Assembly (NCBI GenBank): GCA_028275205.1
Contig: JAPWVB010000001.1
Coordinates: 1 to 38,557, forward strand
From: Candidatus Acetothermia bacterium
GTDB lineage: Bacteria > Bipolaricaulota > Bipolaricaulia > RBG-16-55-9 > DRXL01
Direction of reading: 5' to 3'
DNA: 38,557 nt
In this document: piece by piece, positions 31,758 to 38,557 of the stretch
How positions within the stretch are numbered: position 1 is the first letter of the stretch
How the letters are laid out: every line of letters begins with the position of its first letter
The notes under the pieces: model-generated
The model's input: the letters and a program-made list of their open reading frames with translations, nothing else
Database searches by the model: none
Told to the model about the DNA's origin: nothing
Program-made: the position numbers and the translations under genes

Positions 31758-32543
31758 TTGATCGCGGTGATATTATTCTTCGCGGCCATCGCCATCGGTT
31801 GGGTGGCGAGCATGGTCGGGGTCGGCGGCGGGATTTTTATGGTCCCACTTCTTGTCTTTTTGAACCTCGTCGGCTCAACCCAAGAAGCTGTCGGCACGAG
31901 CTTAGCTGCGATCGTCTTCAACTCGATCTCCAGCACGATCGCCTACTCCCGCCAAAAGAAGATTGATTATAAATTCGCGTTGGCATTGCTCCCCGCAGCG
32001 CTGGTGGGCGCATGGCTTGGAGCGTTTCTCACAAAGTTCATCTCAAGCGAGGAGTTAGCTATTGCGTTCGGGGTCTTACTGCTCTACGTCTCTGGGCTGA
32101 TGCTCGCGGGGAAAGAACCCAAAGAGCTGGGCTTGCTGCTCCGACGTGGGCTGGATCCACACGGCAATCCCACACCCCTGCTTGGCGCTCTTGTCGGCTT
32201 GGTCGCGGGAGTCGCGGCAGGGTTCTTCGGGATCGGCGGGGGGATCGTGATGGTCCCCGCGATGAATATCTTTCTGGGTGTCGAGATCGTCAGCGCCGTA
32301 GCCACGAGTCTTTTCGTCATGGGGCCGTCGTCGCTCATCGCCGCGATCACGCACTTCTTTCAAGGCAATCTCCATATAGATTTAGCGATCCCGTTGGCGC
32401 TGGGGATTATCATCGGCGCACAGTTGGGAGCGTGGAGCACGGCGAAAGTCTCAAAAGTCTTTCTGCGACGGCTCTTTGGAGTGGTGCTGCTCTACTCAGC
32501 GATCAATATGATTTGGAAGGGTGCGCAAGGTTTGATATCTTAA
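31758..32543 (+). CDS. TSUP (TauE/SafE, DUF81) family membrane transporter
   Basis: About 8 TM segments with duplicated G-rich motifs: MVGVGGGIFMVPLL in the first half and FFGIGGGIVMVPAM in the second. The start is uncertain (TTG 31758 chosen; the ORF-track TTG 31722 overlaps the prfB 3' end). Confidence 0.8.
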   Translation: MIAVILFFAAIAIGWVASMVGVGGGIFMVPLLVFLNLVGSTQEAVGTSLAAIVFNSISSTIAYSRQKKIDYKFALALLPAALVGAWLGAFLTKFISSEELAIAFGVLLLYVSGLMLAGKEPKELGLLLRRGLDPHGNPTPLLGALVGLVAGVAAGFFGIGGGIVMVPAMNIFLGVEIVSAVATSLFVMGPSSLIAAITHFFQGNLHIDLAIPLALGIIIGAQLGAWSTAKVSKVFLRRLFGVVLLYSAINMIWKGAQGLIS

Positions 32544-32547
32544 TTCT

Positions 32548-33183
32548 ATGCAGATCGCCATTGATGGCCCGGCTGGCTCCGGCAAGACGAGCGTCGCCCG
32601 CGCCTTGGCAAAACGCTTTGGATGCCTTCTCGTCAACACTGGCGCGATGTACCGCGCCGTCGCCCTGGGACTCTTCCAAGGGCTGAACTTCTCCGAGATC
32701 TCTATCGAGGTTCGACCCGACGAGCGGATCTTGCTGAACGGCCAAGATGTCACAGAACAACTCTACACCCCACAGATGGACGAGCTCGCTTCTCAAGTCG
32801 CCGCCCGCCCCGAAGTGCGCGAATTTCTCATTGCCCAGCAACGGGCGCTCGCACGCGACAGAGATGTCGTCATGGAGGGACGAGACATCGGCTCGGTCGT
32901 CCTCCCCAATGCCGACGTCAAGCTCTATCTGGACGCTTCTGTCGAGGAGCGCGCCCGCCGCCGCTGCCGCGAACGCCCCCATCAGCCGTATGCAGACGTC
33001 TTGGCACAGATGCGCGCCCGCGACGCCCGCGACGGCGTGGGCTTCGGACGGTTACAGATCACCCCCGAGACTATAGTGATTCGCACCGAGGGCCGGACCC
33101 TCGAGGACGTCATCGCTGAGGCCGTGCGAGCAGTAGAGTCGGCGTTGCAGAAGCGAGGAGCGTCTGGTAAACTAAGCGAGTGA
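32548..33183 (+). CDS. cmk: Cytidylate kinase
   Basis: IAIDGPAGSGKTS P-loop, NTGAMYRA, V.EGRDIG..V.P.A..K.YL.AS.EERARRR. Confidence 0.9.
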   Translation: MQIAIDGPAGSGKTSVARALAKRFGCLLVNTGAMYRAVALGLFQGLNFSEISIEVRPDERILLNGQDVTEQLYTPQMDELASQVAARPEVREFLIAQQRALARDRDVVMEGRDIGSVVLPNADVKLYLDASVEERARRRCRERPHQPYADVLAQMRARDARDGVGFGRLQITPETIVIRTEGRTLEDVIAEAVRAVESALQKRGASGKLSE

Positions 33184-33845
33184 ACGCGGCCGAAGCCATC
33201 AAGGGGTTCTTCTATTGGCTGCTGGCCCCGGTCTTGGGCGCGATCGTGCGGGTCCTGTTCCGGCTGCGGGTGCGCGGCTGGGAGAACCTCCCCCAACAGG
33301 GTGGATTTCTTCTCGTAGCGCGCCATCGCAGCTACTGGGATATCCCGCTGCTTATTACTGTGCTGGGCCACCGGCACCGTATCTACTTTGTCGCGCGCAA
33401 GACGCTGCTTCATGAGAACCCCTTCCTGGCCTTCTGGGTGCGCCACTACGCGATCACGATCGATCGCGAACACTTCCAAGTGGAGGACTTGCGCAAAGTG
33501 CTCGAAGCCATCAGATCTGGCAAGATCGTGGGGATCTTCCCCGAGGGGACGACGCAGAAGCCCCAGCGAGCCCATCCCGGAGTTATTCGCTTTGCTGAGC
33601 GCACCGGCAGCGAATTCGTCGCCGTGCGCTTCGAGGCCCGCGGACCCTATCCCCCACAGTATCCCTTCCGCTGGCCTCAAATCACGGCGTACATCAGCAC
33701 GCCGTTCAGCTTGCGAGATTTGGAGTTCGACCTTGGGGAGGTCTCCGATCGTCACGAGCGCTATCAAAAGCTCGCTGATCTGTTGATGGAGCGCATAGAT
33801 CGAGCTGGGCTGGAGCGCTCCCCAGCCCTCCAGGAGAGCCTATGA
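33180..33845 (+). CDS. plsC: 1-acyl-sn-glycerol-3-phosphate acyltransferase
   Basis: HX4D box (ARHRSYWDIP) and FPEGT box. The GTG start overlaps the cmk stop (GTGA). Confidence 0.8.
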   Translation: MNAAEAIKGFFYWLLAPVLGAIVRVLFRLRVRGWENLPQQGGFLLVARHRSYWDIPLLITVLGHRHRIYFVARKTLLHENPFLAFWVRHYAITIDREHFQVEDLRKVLEAIRSGKIVGIFPEGTTQKPQRAHPGVIRFAERTGSEFVAVRFEARGPYPPQYPFRWPQITAYISTPFSLRDLEFDLGEVSDRHERYQKLADLLMERIDRAGLERSPALQESL

Positions 33846-34753
33846 TCGCTACAGAAAGACCGATTATCGAGATTGCGCGCAGCGCCGGGTGGTGCTTTGG
33901 CGTGGAGCGCATCGTAGAGATAGCTGAAAAGCTATTAAACGAGACGCACGACGGCCCGGTCTACTGTCTGGGGGAGCTCATCCATAATCCTCAAGAGGTC
34001 GCGCGGCTGCGCGCCAAGGGCATGATCTTTGTGAAGTCTCACGAGGAGTTGCCCCCCGTGGAGCCAGGACAGAAGCGCAAAGTCTTGATTCGCGCTCACG
34101 GAGTCGCGCCCGCGGTCAAGCGCGCCCTCCAACAGAAGGGCTACGAGATTTACGACGGGACGTGTCCGCTGGTGACGATCCCACAAAAGTTCGCGCGCGA
34201 GCTTGCGGAGCAAGGGTACAGGGTAGTGATCATGGGGCACATCGAGCACCCAGAGATCCAGGGGATCTTGGGGCATCTAGAGGGGCTCAACGCGCGAGTG
34301 GACGTGATCACCGGCCCGGAAGAAGTAGAAAAGCTCGAGCTGAAGGCGTCGGATCGGGTGGGGCTCATCTCGCAGACGACCCATCCGTACGAAAAATTTG
34401 CTCAGCTCATCGGGCGGGTGCTCGAGCATTGCTTGGAGGTCCGGGCATATAATACAATATGTCAAGCGACCTTCGAGCGCCAAGAGGCGATCCGGGAGCT
34501 GGCTCAGCGCTGCGACGTCGTCATCGTGATTGGCGGGCGCAATAGCTCCAATACGTGCCGTCTGGCCGAGATCGCGCAAGAGCATACGACGTGCTATCAT
34601 ATTGAGGACGCATCCGAACTGAAAGGAGAGTGGTTCTGGGGGAAGAAGCGCATAGGGATCTCCGCGGGGGCATCCACCCCCACATGGGCTATCGTGGCTG
34701 TCCAATCGGCCATCGAGCAGTTGATCAGCAAATCCTTTCAAGCAAGCGGGTGA
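33842..34753 (+). CDS. ispH: 4-hydroxy-3-methylbut-2-enyl diphosphate reductase
   Basis: Three cluster cysteines in context (AGWCFGVERIV; GTCPLVT; NTICQATFERQ), IHNPQEV, and NSSNT. ATGA overlap with the plsC stop. Confidence 0.9.
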   Translation: MIATERPIIEIARSAGWCFGVERIVEIAEKLLNETHDGPVYCLGELIHNPQEVARLRAKGMIFVKSHEELPPVEPGQKRKVLIRAHGVAPAVKRALQQKGYEIYDGTCPLVTIPQKFARELAEQGYRVVIMGHIEHPEIQGILGHLEGLNARVDVITGPEEVEKLELKASDRVGLISQTTHPYEKFAQLIGRVLEHCLEVRAYNTICQATFERQEAIRELAQRCDVVIVIGGRNSSNTCRLAEIAQEHTTCYHIEDASELKGEWFWGKKRIGISAGASTPTWAIVAVQSAIEQLISKSFQASG

Positions 34754-34759
34754 TCGAGC

Positions 34760-36463
34760 ATGTCCGAGGAACTCAAAGAGACAACTGAGCCATCTCAGAT
34801 GGAAGCACTCTTGGACGATCAAGACGTGCTGACGTATTCGCGCGGGGACATCCTGCGTGGGCGCGTGGTCCAGGTCAACGATCAGGGTGTACTCGTTGAT
34901 ATCGGCTACAAATCCGAGGCGCTGATGAAGCCCACGGAGTTGGCGCCCTTCCACAAGGCGCCGCTCCAGCCCGGAGACGAGATCGAGGTGCTCATCACGT
35001 ATATTGATGAAGAGGAGGGCACAATCCACGTCTCCGAGAAGGCCGCGCTCTACGAGAAGCGCATCAGCGAGCTGGAGCGGGCGTATCGGAATCGGCTGCC
35101 CATCACGGGCACCATCGAAGACGAGGTCAAGGACGCGGGGTATCACGTCAATCTCTTAAAATCGGGGATTCGTGCGTTCCTGCCCGGCTCCCACCTGGGG
35201 GATGACCTTCCCCCCAACATCGAGGAGCTGCGCGGCAAGGAAGTGCCGTTCATTATCTTGGAGCTGGACCGGCGCGAGCGCAACCTCGTCGTCTCTCACC
35301 GGGAGTACTTAAAAGAACTGGAGCGCCAGCGCAAGGAAGAGCTCTTCAACAAGCTCCAACCCGGCCAGGTCATCGAGGGCACAATCAAGAGCATTGTGGA
35401 CTTCGGGATCTTTGTGGATGTCGGGGGCTTCGAGGGGCTGGTCCATCGCTCGGAGATCAGTTGGAAGGATATCCCCGTGGTGCCGCCCAACACCTACAAA
35501 GTTGGGGACAAGATCACGGTCAAGGTCCTGGGCGTCGACCGTCAGAAGGAGCGCATCTCGCTCTCGATCAAACAGCTCCGCCCTGACCCGTGGATCGGGT
35601 TAAAGCAGCGCTACCCAGCGGGCACCAAGACCACCGGGACAGTCGTCAGCTTGACAGACTTTGGGGCGTTCGTGCGCATCGAGGAGGACGTTGAGGGCCT
35701 GGTGCACATCTCGGAGCTCTCGTGGGGCTACCCAGAGCATCCCAAGGAAGTCGTCAAGGTCGGCCAGCAAGTGGAAGTCGTCGTGCTCGACGTCAACGAA
35801 CAAGAGCGACGGGTGAGCCTCTCGATGAAGCGCACCCAGCCCGACCCCTGGGAGAAGATCGAAGAGAAATATCCTGAGGGCAGTATCGTCAAGGGGCGGG
35901 TGACCAAGCTCGCCGACTTTGGTGCGTTTGTCTACTTAGAAGAGGGCGTCGAGGCGCTCTTGCACATCTCCGAGATGAGCTGGGACAAGGTGAACAAGCC
36001 CAGCGACGTCGTCAAGGAGGGGCAAGAGATCACGGCGAAAGTCATTAAGTCTGATGCGAGCAAGCGCAAGATTCGCCTCAGCCTCAAGGAGCTCCAGGAA
36101 GACCCCTGGCACAAGTTCTTAGAGAACTATTCCGTGGGGAGCATCGTCGAGGGTCCGATCACGCAGCTCAAAGAATTTGGCGCGTTCATGAAGATCACCG
36201 AGGACGTGGAGGGGCTCATTCACGTCTCGGAGATCACGGATGAGCGCATCTCGACCCCCGCGGATGTCCTGCAGGTGGGCCAGGTAGTCAAAGCGCGCAT
36301 CATCGGGATCAACGAAGAGAAGCGCCAGGTACGGCTCTCTATGCGCAACCTCCACCGTCAAGAGCACCTGCTCACCAGCGATGCCGGGCGTGAAGGGATC
36401 ACCATGGGGGAGCGCGTGAAGGGCCTCAAAGAGCTCCTCAAAGAGTCCGAGAGCTCCTCGTAA
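34760..36463 (+). CDS. rpsA: 30S ribosomal protein S1
   Basis: 567 aa with six S1 (OB) repeats carrying G.V..(I/L).DFG(A/I)FV...EGL(V/I)H.SE(I/L)SW. Confidence 0.95.
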   Translation: MSEELKETTEPSQMEALLDDQDVLTYSRGDILRGRVVQVNDQGVLVDIGYKSEALMKPTELAPFHKAPLQPGDEIEVLITYIDEEEGTIHVSEKAALYEKRISELERAYRNRLPITGTIEDEVKDAGYHVNLLKSGIRAFLPGSHLGDDLPPNIEELRGKEVPFIILELDRRERNLVVSHREYLKELERQRKEELFNKLQPGQVIEGTIKSIVDFGIFVDVGGFEGLVHRSEISWKDIPVVPPNTYKVGDKITVKVLGVDRQKERISLSIKQLRPDPWIGLKQRYPAGTKTTGTVVSLTDFGAFVRIEEDVEGLVHISELSWGYPEHPKEVVKVGQQVEVVVLDVNEQERRVSLSMKRTQPDPWEKIEEKYPEGSIVKGRVTKLADFGAFVYLEEGVEALLHISEMSWDKVNKPSDVVKEGQEITAKVIKSDASKRKIRLSLKELQEDPWHKFLENYSVGSIVEGPITQLKEFGAFMKITEDVEGLIHVSEITDERISTPADVLQVGQVVKARIIGINEEKRQVRLSMRNLHRQEHLLTSDAGREGITMGERVKGLKELLKESESSS

Positions 36464-36466
36464 GCT

Positions 36467-37045
36467 ATGGACTGGCAGGCCCTGGGGGCAGCCGTGAGCT
36501 GCTATCTGATCGGCTCTCTGCCCTTCAGCTATGTTGTTGCGCGCCTGAAGAATATAGATATTCGTCAGCACGGCAGCGGCAACGTCGGGGCGACCAACGT
36601 CACGCGCGTGGTGGGCGTGGGCTATGGGGCTCTTGCTCTCGTTGGGGACGTGGGCAAGGGAGTTGTCGCGGCGTGGGTGGCTAGTCTATTGAATGCCCCT
36701 CTGTGGCTTTCGGGCTTGGCGGTCGTCGGGCACAATTGGAGTATTTTTTTGAAATTCACGGGGGGCAAAGGGGTAGCCACGACGCTCGGGCTTTTACTTT
36801 TCTTCTCCTGGCCAGCGCTCTTGATGACCGTTGGCGTATGGGCCGTGACGGTCTTACTGACGCGCTATGTCGCGGTCGGTTCGATGATCGCGTTGCTCTC
36901 AGCCCCAGGGGCGCTGTATATCTTTGCCGGGCCTCCTGAGTTGATTGGGCTCTTTGGCGCCTTGGGGGTGTTAGCAGTCTGGCAGCACCGCAGCAACATC
37001 GAGCGCATCCTCCAGGGCAGAGAGGGCCGAGTCTTCAAGAGATGA
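36467..37045 (+). CDS. plsY: Glycerol-3-phosphate acyltransferase PlsY
   Basis: YLIGS.PFSY..ARL..IDIR..GSGNVGATNV.R, GKGVAT, and multiple TM segments. Confidence 0.9.
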   Translation: MDWQALGAAVSCYLIGSLPFSYVVARLKNIDIRQHGSGNVGATNVTRVVGVGYGALALVGDVGKGVVAAWVASLLNAPLWLSGLAVVGHNWSIFLKFTGGKGVATTLGLLLFFSWPALLMTVGVWAVTVLLTRYVAVGSMIALLSAPGALYIFAGPPELIGLFGALGVLAVWQHRSNIERILQGREGRVFKR

Positions 37046-37046
37046 C

Positions 37047-38366
37047 TCACGGCTTGAGGCGATAGAGCATCCTGGGGAAGGGGATAGCTTCGCGTAAGTG
37101 TTCGATCCCCGTGATCCATGCGGTCAGACGCTCAACTCCCAACCCAAACCCCGAATGCGGCACGCCTCCGTACTTTCGCAAGTCAATGTACCATTGATAG
37201 GGCTCTTCGGGCAGCCCAAACTCTTTCAAGCGCTGCCTCAAGAGAGCGATATCTGAAATGCGCTGGCTCCCCCCGATGATCTCCCCATAGCCTTCGGGAG
37301 CGATGAGATCTGCCGCCAAGACTAATTCTGGATTATCGGGCTTGGGCTCCATATAGAACGCTTTCATCTTCGCTGGGAAGAACTCAACGAAGACCGGGCG
37401 CCCAAAGTGCTGTCCCAGCGCCTCTTCGTGCGGCGCGCCAAAGTCATCCCCCCAACTGAGCTTTTCTACTTCTCCAGAGGCGATCTTCTCTTTGAGAAGA
37501 TCGTTGATGATCTCGAGCGATTCAGCATACGTGATACGAGCGAACGGCTCTTGAAGGGCTTTTTCTAGGGCTTCAGTCTGACGGCCAAGCTCCTTGAGTT
37601 CGCGGGCACGCCTATCCAGACAGCGCCCGATCACGTACTTTACTAACTCTTCTTGGAGCTTCATATTCTGCTCATGGTCGAGGAAGGCGACTTCAGCCTC
37701 GGCCATCCAGAATTCTGTCAAGTGTTTTCGGGTCTTCGATCTTTCTGCGCGGAACGCCGGACCGATCCAATAGACCTTGCCCAAGGCCATCGCCGTCGCT
37801 TCGAGATAGAGCTGCCCGCTCTGGGAGAGATACGCCTTTTCGTCGAAATAATTGACTTCAAAGAGCGTGGTGGTGCCCTCGCACGCTGAGGGCGTCAGAA
37901 TGGGCGACTCCGTGGCGATAAACCCCCGCTCGTTGAAGAAGTCTCGAATAGATTGCATCACTTCGTGGCGCACGCGCAGGATCGCCGCCTGTCGGGGTGA
38001 GCGGATCCACAAGTGCCGATGGTCTAACAGAAAGGCTGGTCCGTGCTCTTTCAAGTCAATGGGATATTTCTCCTCGACCCGCTGAACGATCTCAATATCT
38101 TTGATTTGCAGCTCGTAGCCGCCGGGGGCGCGCTGATCCTCACGCACCGTGCCCCAAACTTTCAGAGATGATTCGTGCGTGAGCTTGAGGGCTTTCTCGA
38201 AGGCCTCTCCCTCGGCCTTGGTGACGACTCCTTGGATGACCCCCGTCCCGTCCCGAATGAGCAAAAACTGAATCTTGCCGGACTCGCGACGATTATACAA
38301 CCAGCCGCAGATGAGCACTTCCTGCCCGACTTTCTGCGCGACATCTTCGATATATGTCTGCTCCAT
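37047..38366 (-). CDS. asnS: Asparagine--tRNA ligase
   Basis: 439 aa, collinear with the Thermus-type AsnRS as I remember it. It has an N-terminal OB fold ([22 protein letters not shown]), motif 2 [24 protein letters not shown] (EFWM.E.E.AF is AsnRS-like rather than AspRS-like), GGSQRI, and motif 3 [14 protein letters not shown]....REAIPFPR. Confidence 0.85.
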   Translation of the reverse strand: MEQTYIEDVAQKVGQEVLICGWLYNRRESGKIQFLLIRDGTGVIQGVVTKAEGEAFEKALKLTHESSLKVWGTVREDQRAPGGYELQIKDIEIVQRVEEKYPIDLKEHGPAFLLDHRHLWIRSPRQAAILRVRHEVMQSIRDFFNERGFIATESPILTPSACEGTTTLFEVNYFDEKAYLSQSGQLYLEATAMALGKVYWIGPAFRAERSKTRKHLTEFWMAEAEVAFLDHEQNMKLQEELVKYVIGRCLDRRARELKELGRQTEALEKALQEPFARITYAESLEIINDLLKEKIASGEVEKLSWGDDFGAPHEEALGQHFGRPVFVEFFPAKMKAFYMEPKPDNPELVLAADLIAPEGYGEIIGGSQRISDIALLRQRLKEFGLPEEPYQWYIDLRKYGGVPHSGFGLGVERLTAWITGIEHLREAIPFPRMLYRLKP

Positions 38367-38368
38367 AG

Positions 38369-38557
38369 CTACTCACGCTCGCCTTGTAAGATTTTGATCA
38401 TCTGCGCATGAATCTTCCCGTTGCTCGCCAAGACTTCGCCACTGGAGAGATCGAGCTTATTCCCTCTCAAGTCTGTCACTGTCCCCCCGGCCTCGCGCAC
38501 GATGAGGGCGGCTGCGGCCATGTCCCAGGGTTTCAAGTCCAATTCCCAGTAGCCGTC
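38369..38557 (-). CDS. Inositol monophosphatase / SuhB family protein, C-terminal 62 codons (5' end outside the window)
   Basis: Minus-strand translation is [62 protein letters not shown], then stop TAG (38371-38369). WD.AAG.LI..EAGG..TD is the IMPase family C-terminal motif. It ends 2 nt before the asnS ATG. Confidence 0.7.
   Translation of the reverse strand, partial: DGYWELDLKPWDMAAAALIVREAGGTVTDLRGNKLDLSSGEVLASNGKIHAQMIKILQGERE

Noticed and set aside
32012-33767. Arg-rich plus-strand ORFs (32012-32686, 32622-33119) and a 261-aa minus-strand ORF (32982-33767) overlapping TSUP, cmk and plsC
   Set aside because: These are alternative frames of genes with clear family motifs (GGG TM repeats, GPAGSGKT, HX4D/FPEGT). 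The composition is typical of off-frame GC-rich translation.
34277-35146. 289-aa minus-strand ORF spanning the ispH/rpsA junction
   Set aside because: It crosses two well-supported plus-strand genes and their junction, and it has no motifs.
37047-38366. Class IIb synthetase considered as archaeal-type AspRS
   Set aside because: The motif 2 region [24 protein letters not shown] and the overall collinearity fit AsnRS. A discriminating phylogeny was not run, so the AsnRS call is held at 0.85.
1-38557. GATC looked over-represented
   Set aside because: I counted 5, 4 and 4 sites in three 600-nt samples (1-600, 14401-15000, 34741-35340). That is only roughly twofold above a crude base-composition expectation. 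It is explained by frequent GAG-ATC, GAT-CTx and AAG-ATC codon pairs. I did not count the whole window.

Overview
Gene-dense, GC-rich bacterial chromosomal window with strong GGAGG-type Shine-Dalgarno sites and many 4-nt start/stop overlaps. It holds about 31 protein genes. I saw no rRNA, tRNA, CRISPR array, transposase or integrase. Housekeeping blocks: minus-strand pyrE-cutA-methyltransferase (35-1641); minus-strand ffh-rpsP-KH-trmD-SPOUT-rplS-lepB-pyrD-pyrC (14366-20931); plus-strand CNNM transporter-M1 peptidase-pheT-panC (21068-28619); minus-strand rsmI-hom (28834-30668); plus-strand prfB (+1 frameshift)-TSUP-cmk-plsC-ispH-rpsA-plsY (30679-37045); minus-strand suhB-like (partial)-asnS (37047-38557). 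The least ordinary part is a 12.6-kb plus-strand block (1753-14402) that separates pyrD-pyrC from pyrE. In order it contains: a secreted S45 penicillin/AHL-acylase-family hydrolase; a 1060-aa SARP/BTAD-NTPase-TPR (STAND-like) regulator; an RHH-antitoxin-like remnant; tandem 11-nt direct repeats and a nested GC-rich palindrome; two secreted beta-sandwich proteins; and a histidine phosphatase. The two secreted proteins are a 366-aa CARDB-like protein with a thrice-repeated N-x-N-[DS]-S-K-S-N motif and a 1329-aa LamG-GEVED-3xSdrD_B-2xDUF11 protein. No recognisable defence system or mobile element is present. The best candidates for something undescribed are (i) the regulator plus operator-like repeats plus the secreted-protein pair, and (ii) an M1-type zinc peptidase fused to an Omp85-like C-terminal barrel. 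All domain calls come from motif recognition by eye, not from database searches.
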